Shown here: piece by piece, positions 62,911-64,000 of the stretch | Layout: every line of letters starts with the position of its first letter | How positions within the stretch are numbered: the first letter of the stretch is position 1 | Assembly (NCBI GenBank): GCA_003427395.1 | Contig: BFEA01000028.1 | Coordinates: forward strand, 1,786,479-1,850,478 | Direction of reading: 5' to 3' | Length of the DNA: 64,000 nucleotides | Origin: Chara braunii | Lineage: Eukaryota > Plantae > Charophyceae | Made by a program: the position numbers and the translations under genes | Notes under the pieces: generated by a model | Told to the model about the DNA's origin: nothing | What the model saw: the letters and a program-made list of their open reading frames with translations, nothing else | Database searches by the model: none

Positions 62911-63229
62911 AGATATGTGAAGTGTTTCTAACATGAAGCGGTCAGCGACAGAGCTGACAAGGGCAAACGGACAAACACACACATGGCATGAAAACATTCC
63001 ACGTCTCAAATGAATGACAAGAAAAAACAGACCAAGCATATTAGTAAAGCGTATAACTAATAATTTTGAGTATTATTTCAATTTACTTGTTAGGAAGTTC
63101 ATTCCTTCCCAGAACTACAGAAGCCAGACAAAACCAGAACTCACACCAACTAATGGCTTTCATGATTGATTGAGAGCATTGAACAACTATTACAAGAAGA
63201 AGCGCAATCAGTATTGATCACCCAATTAA

Positions 63230-63379
63230 ACCACGAGTACTTGGCCCAGCTATCGGCCGTGGAAAAAAATAGAGTAGAAACGTTTCTAGTCGGATGAATT
63301 TGGGCAGTCCTGTAGTGACCCGTACATTTCCTAAAATCGTGGCTTGTTAACTGGCACGACTTCAGGAAGTACAGGTGGT
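63230..63379. mobile_element. TTAA-family MITE, 150 bp
   Basis: TTAA|ACCACGAGTACTT...AAGTACAGGTGGT|TTAA. Confidence 0.7.
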
Positions 63380-63949
63380 TTAACAGGCCAAAGGTTATGT
63401 CTACGTATGAAACTTTTTTAAAATGTTTTCGAGTACTTCCTATCCGGTGTGACACTTTTTCTGTCTTTTCTTTTTCTGTAGAAAAGGAGAATGCATTTTT
63501 TCCACAAAAAAAAAAAAAAAAAAAAGAATGCATTTTTTTTTTTATTAATTTTTTTTTTTCCGCCTACACATTTCTTTGGAGTTTTCGTTTTCTTTCCCAT
63601 GGAGCAAATCGATCCGTGTCACTTGCCCCATTAGGAAAGTCGACAAGTCTTACAGCGCCTGCTATCAGCGTTTGGCGATTCAGTGTATCTGGAGAGATTT
63701 CCCCATTAGGACGGGCCTGTCGGATCGCTATCAGCCTTCGGCGGTTTAGGGCATGGGACCACTCTGTAAGTTCACAAAAGACAAAAGTCATGCGGGTGTA
63801 TCTTTCCTTATTCTACACAAATATTCACTCTCGTTTTGCACATGTCGAGAGCAGAGGAGAGAGGCCCTTACAGTTCGTTCAAACGTTCGATGCATCTTCT
63901 GTAAGTGAACCTGGCCGTGCGTGCAGCCTTCAAAGTCTGTGTGCCTCGA

Positions 63950-63952
<3 letters not shown>

Positions 63953-64000
<48 letters not shown>
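63953..64000. repeat. (GT)n microsatellite (other SSRs at 26792-26852, 52121-52185, 61505-61564, 62849-62905)
   Basis: Directly visible. Confidence 0.95.

Noticed and set aside
63860-63950. Upstream exon of the DUF4211 gene (…YRRCIERLNEL)
   Set aside because: It has no pyrimidine-rich acceptor (it is preceded by (AC)n on the minus strand) and no clearly compatible donor phase.

Overview
This is repeat-rich eukaryotic nuclear DNA from the green lineage. The Ty3/Gypsy pol relics, kilobase introns, plant-type rRNA fragments and SPIRAL1 gene suggest a large-genome charophyte such as Chara, which is an inference. Two real spliced genes can be supported, both on the minus strand. The first is a complete two-exon SPIRAL1-family gene (9409-9116 joined to 1856-1785, 121 aa, 7.3-kb intron) whose 3' splice acceptor has been tandemly duplicated. 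The second is the last two exons of a DUF4211/CCDC82-like gene (62358-62197 joined to 55577-54924). The rest is mostly transposon debris: Gypsy RNaseH/integrase and L1 endonuclease relics, three tRNA-headed SINE-like elements, Tc1/pogo-, PIF/Harbinger- and hAT-like non-autonomous elements, and a TTAA-flanked MITE family stacked in tandem. There are also short 18S and 28S rRNA pseudogene fragments, an organellar/bacterial-type tRNA-Gln-like relic, an unexplained cassette of orphan ORFs at 27.9-33.6 kb, microsatellites and four N gaps. A Nextera mate-pair junction adapter at 56124-56161 is an assembly artefact. Most ORFs in the supplied track are spurious.
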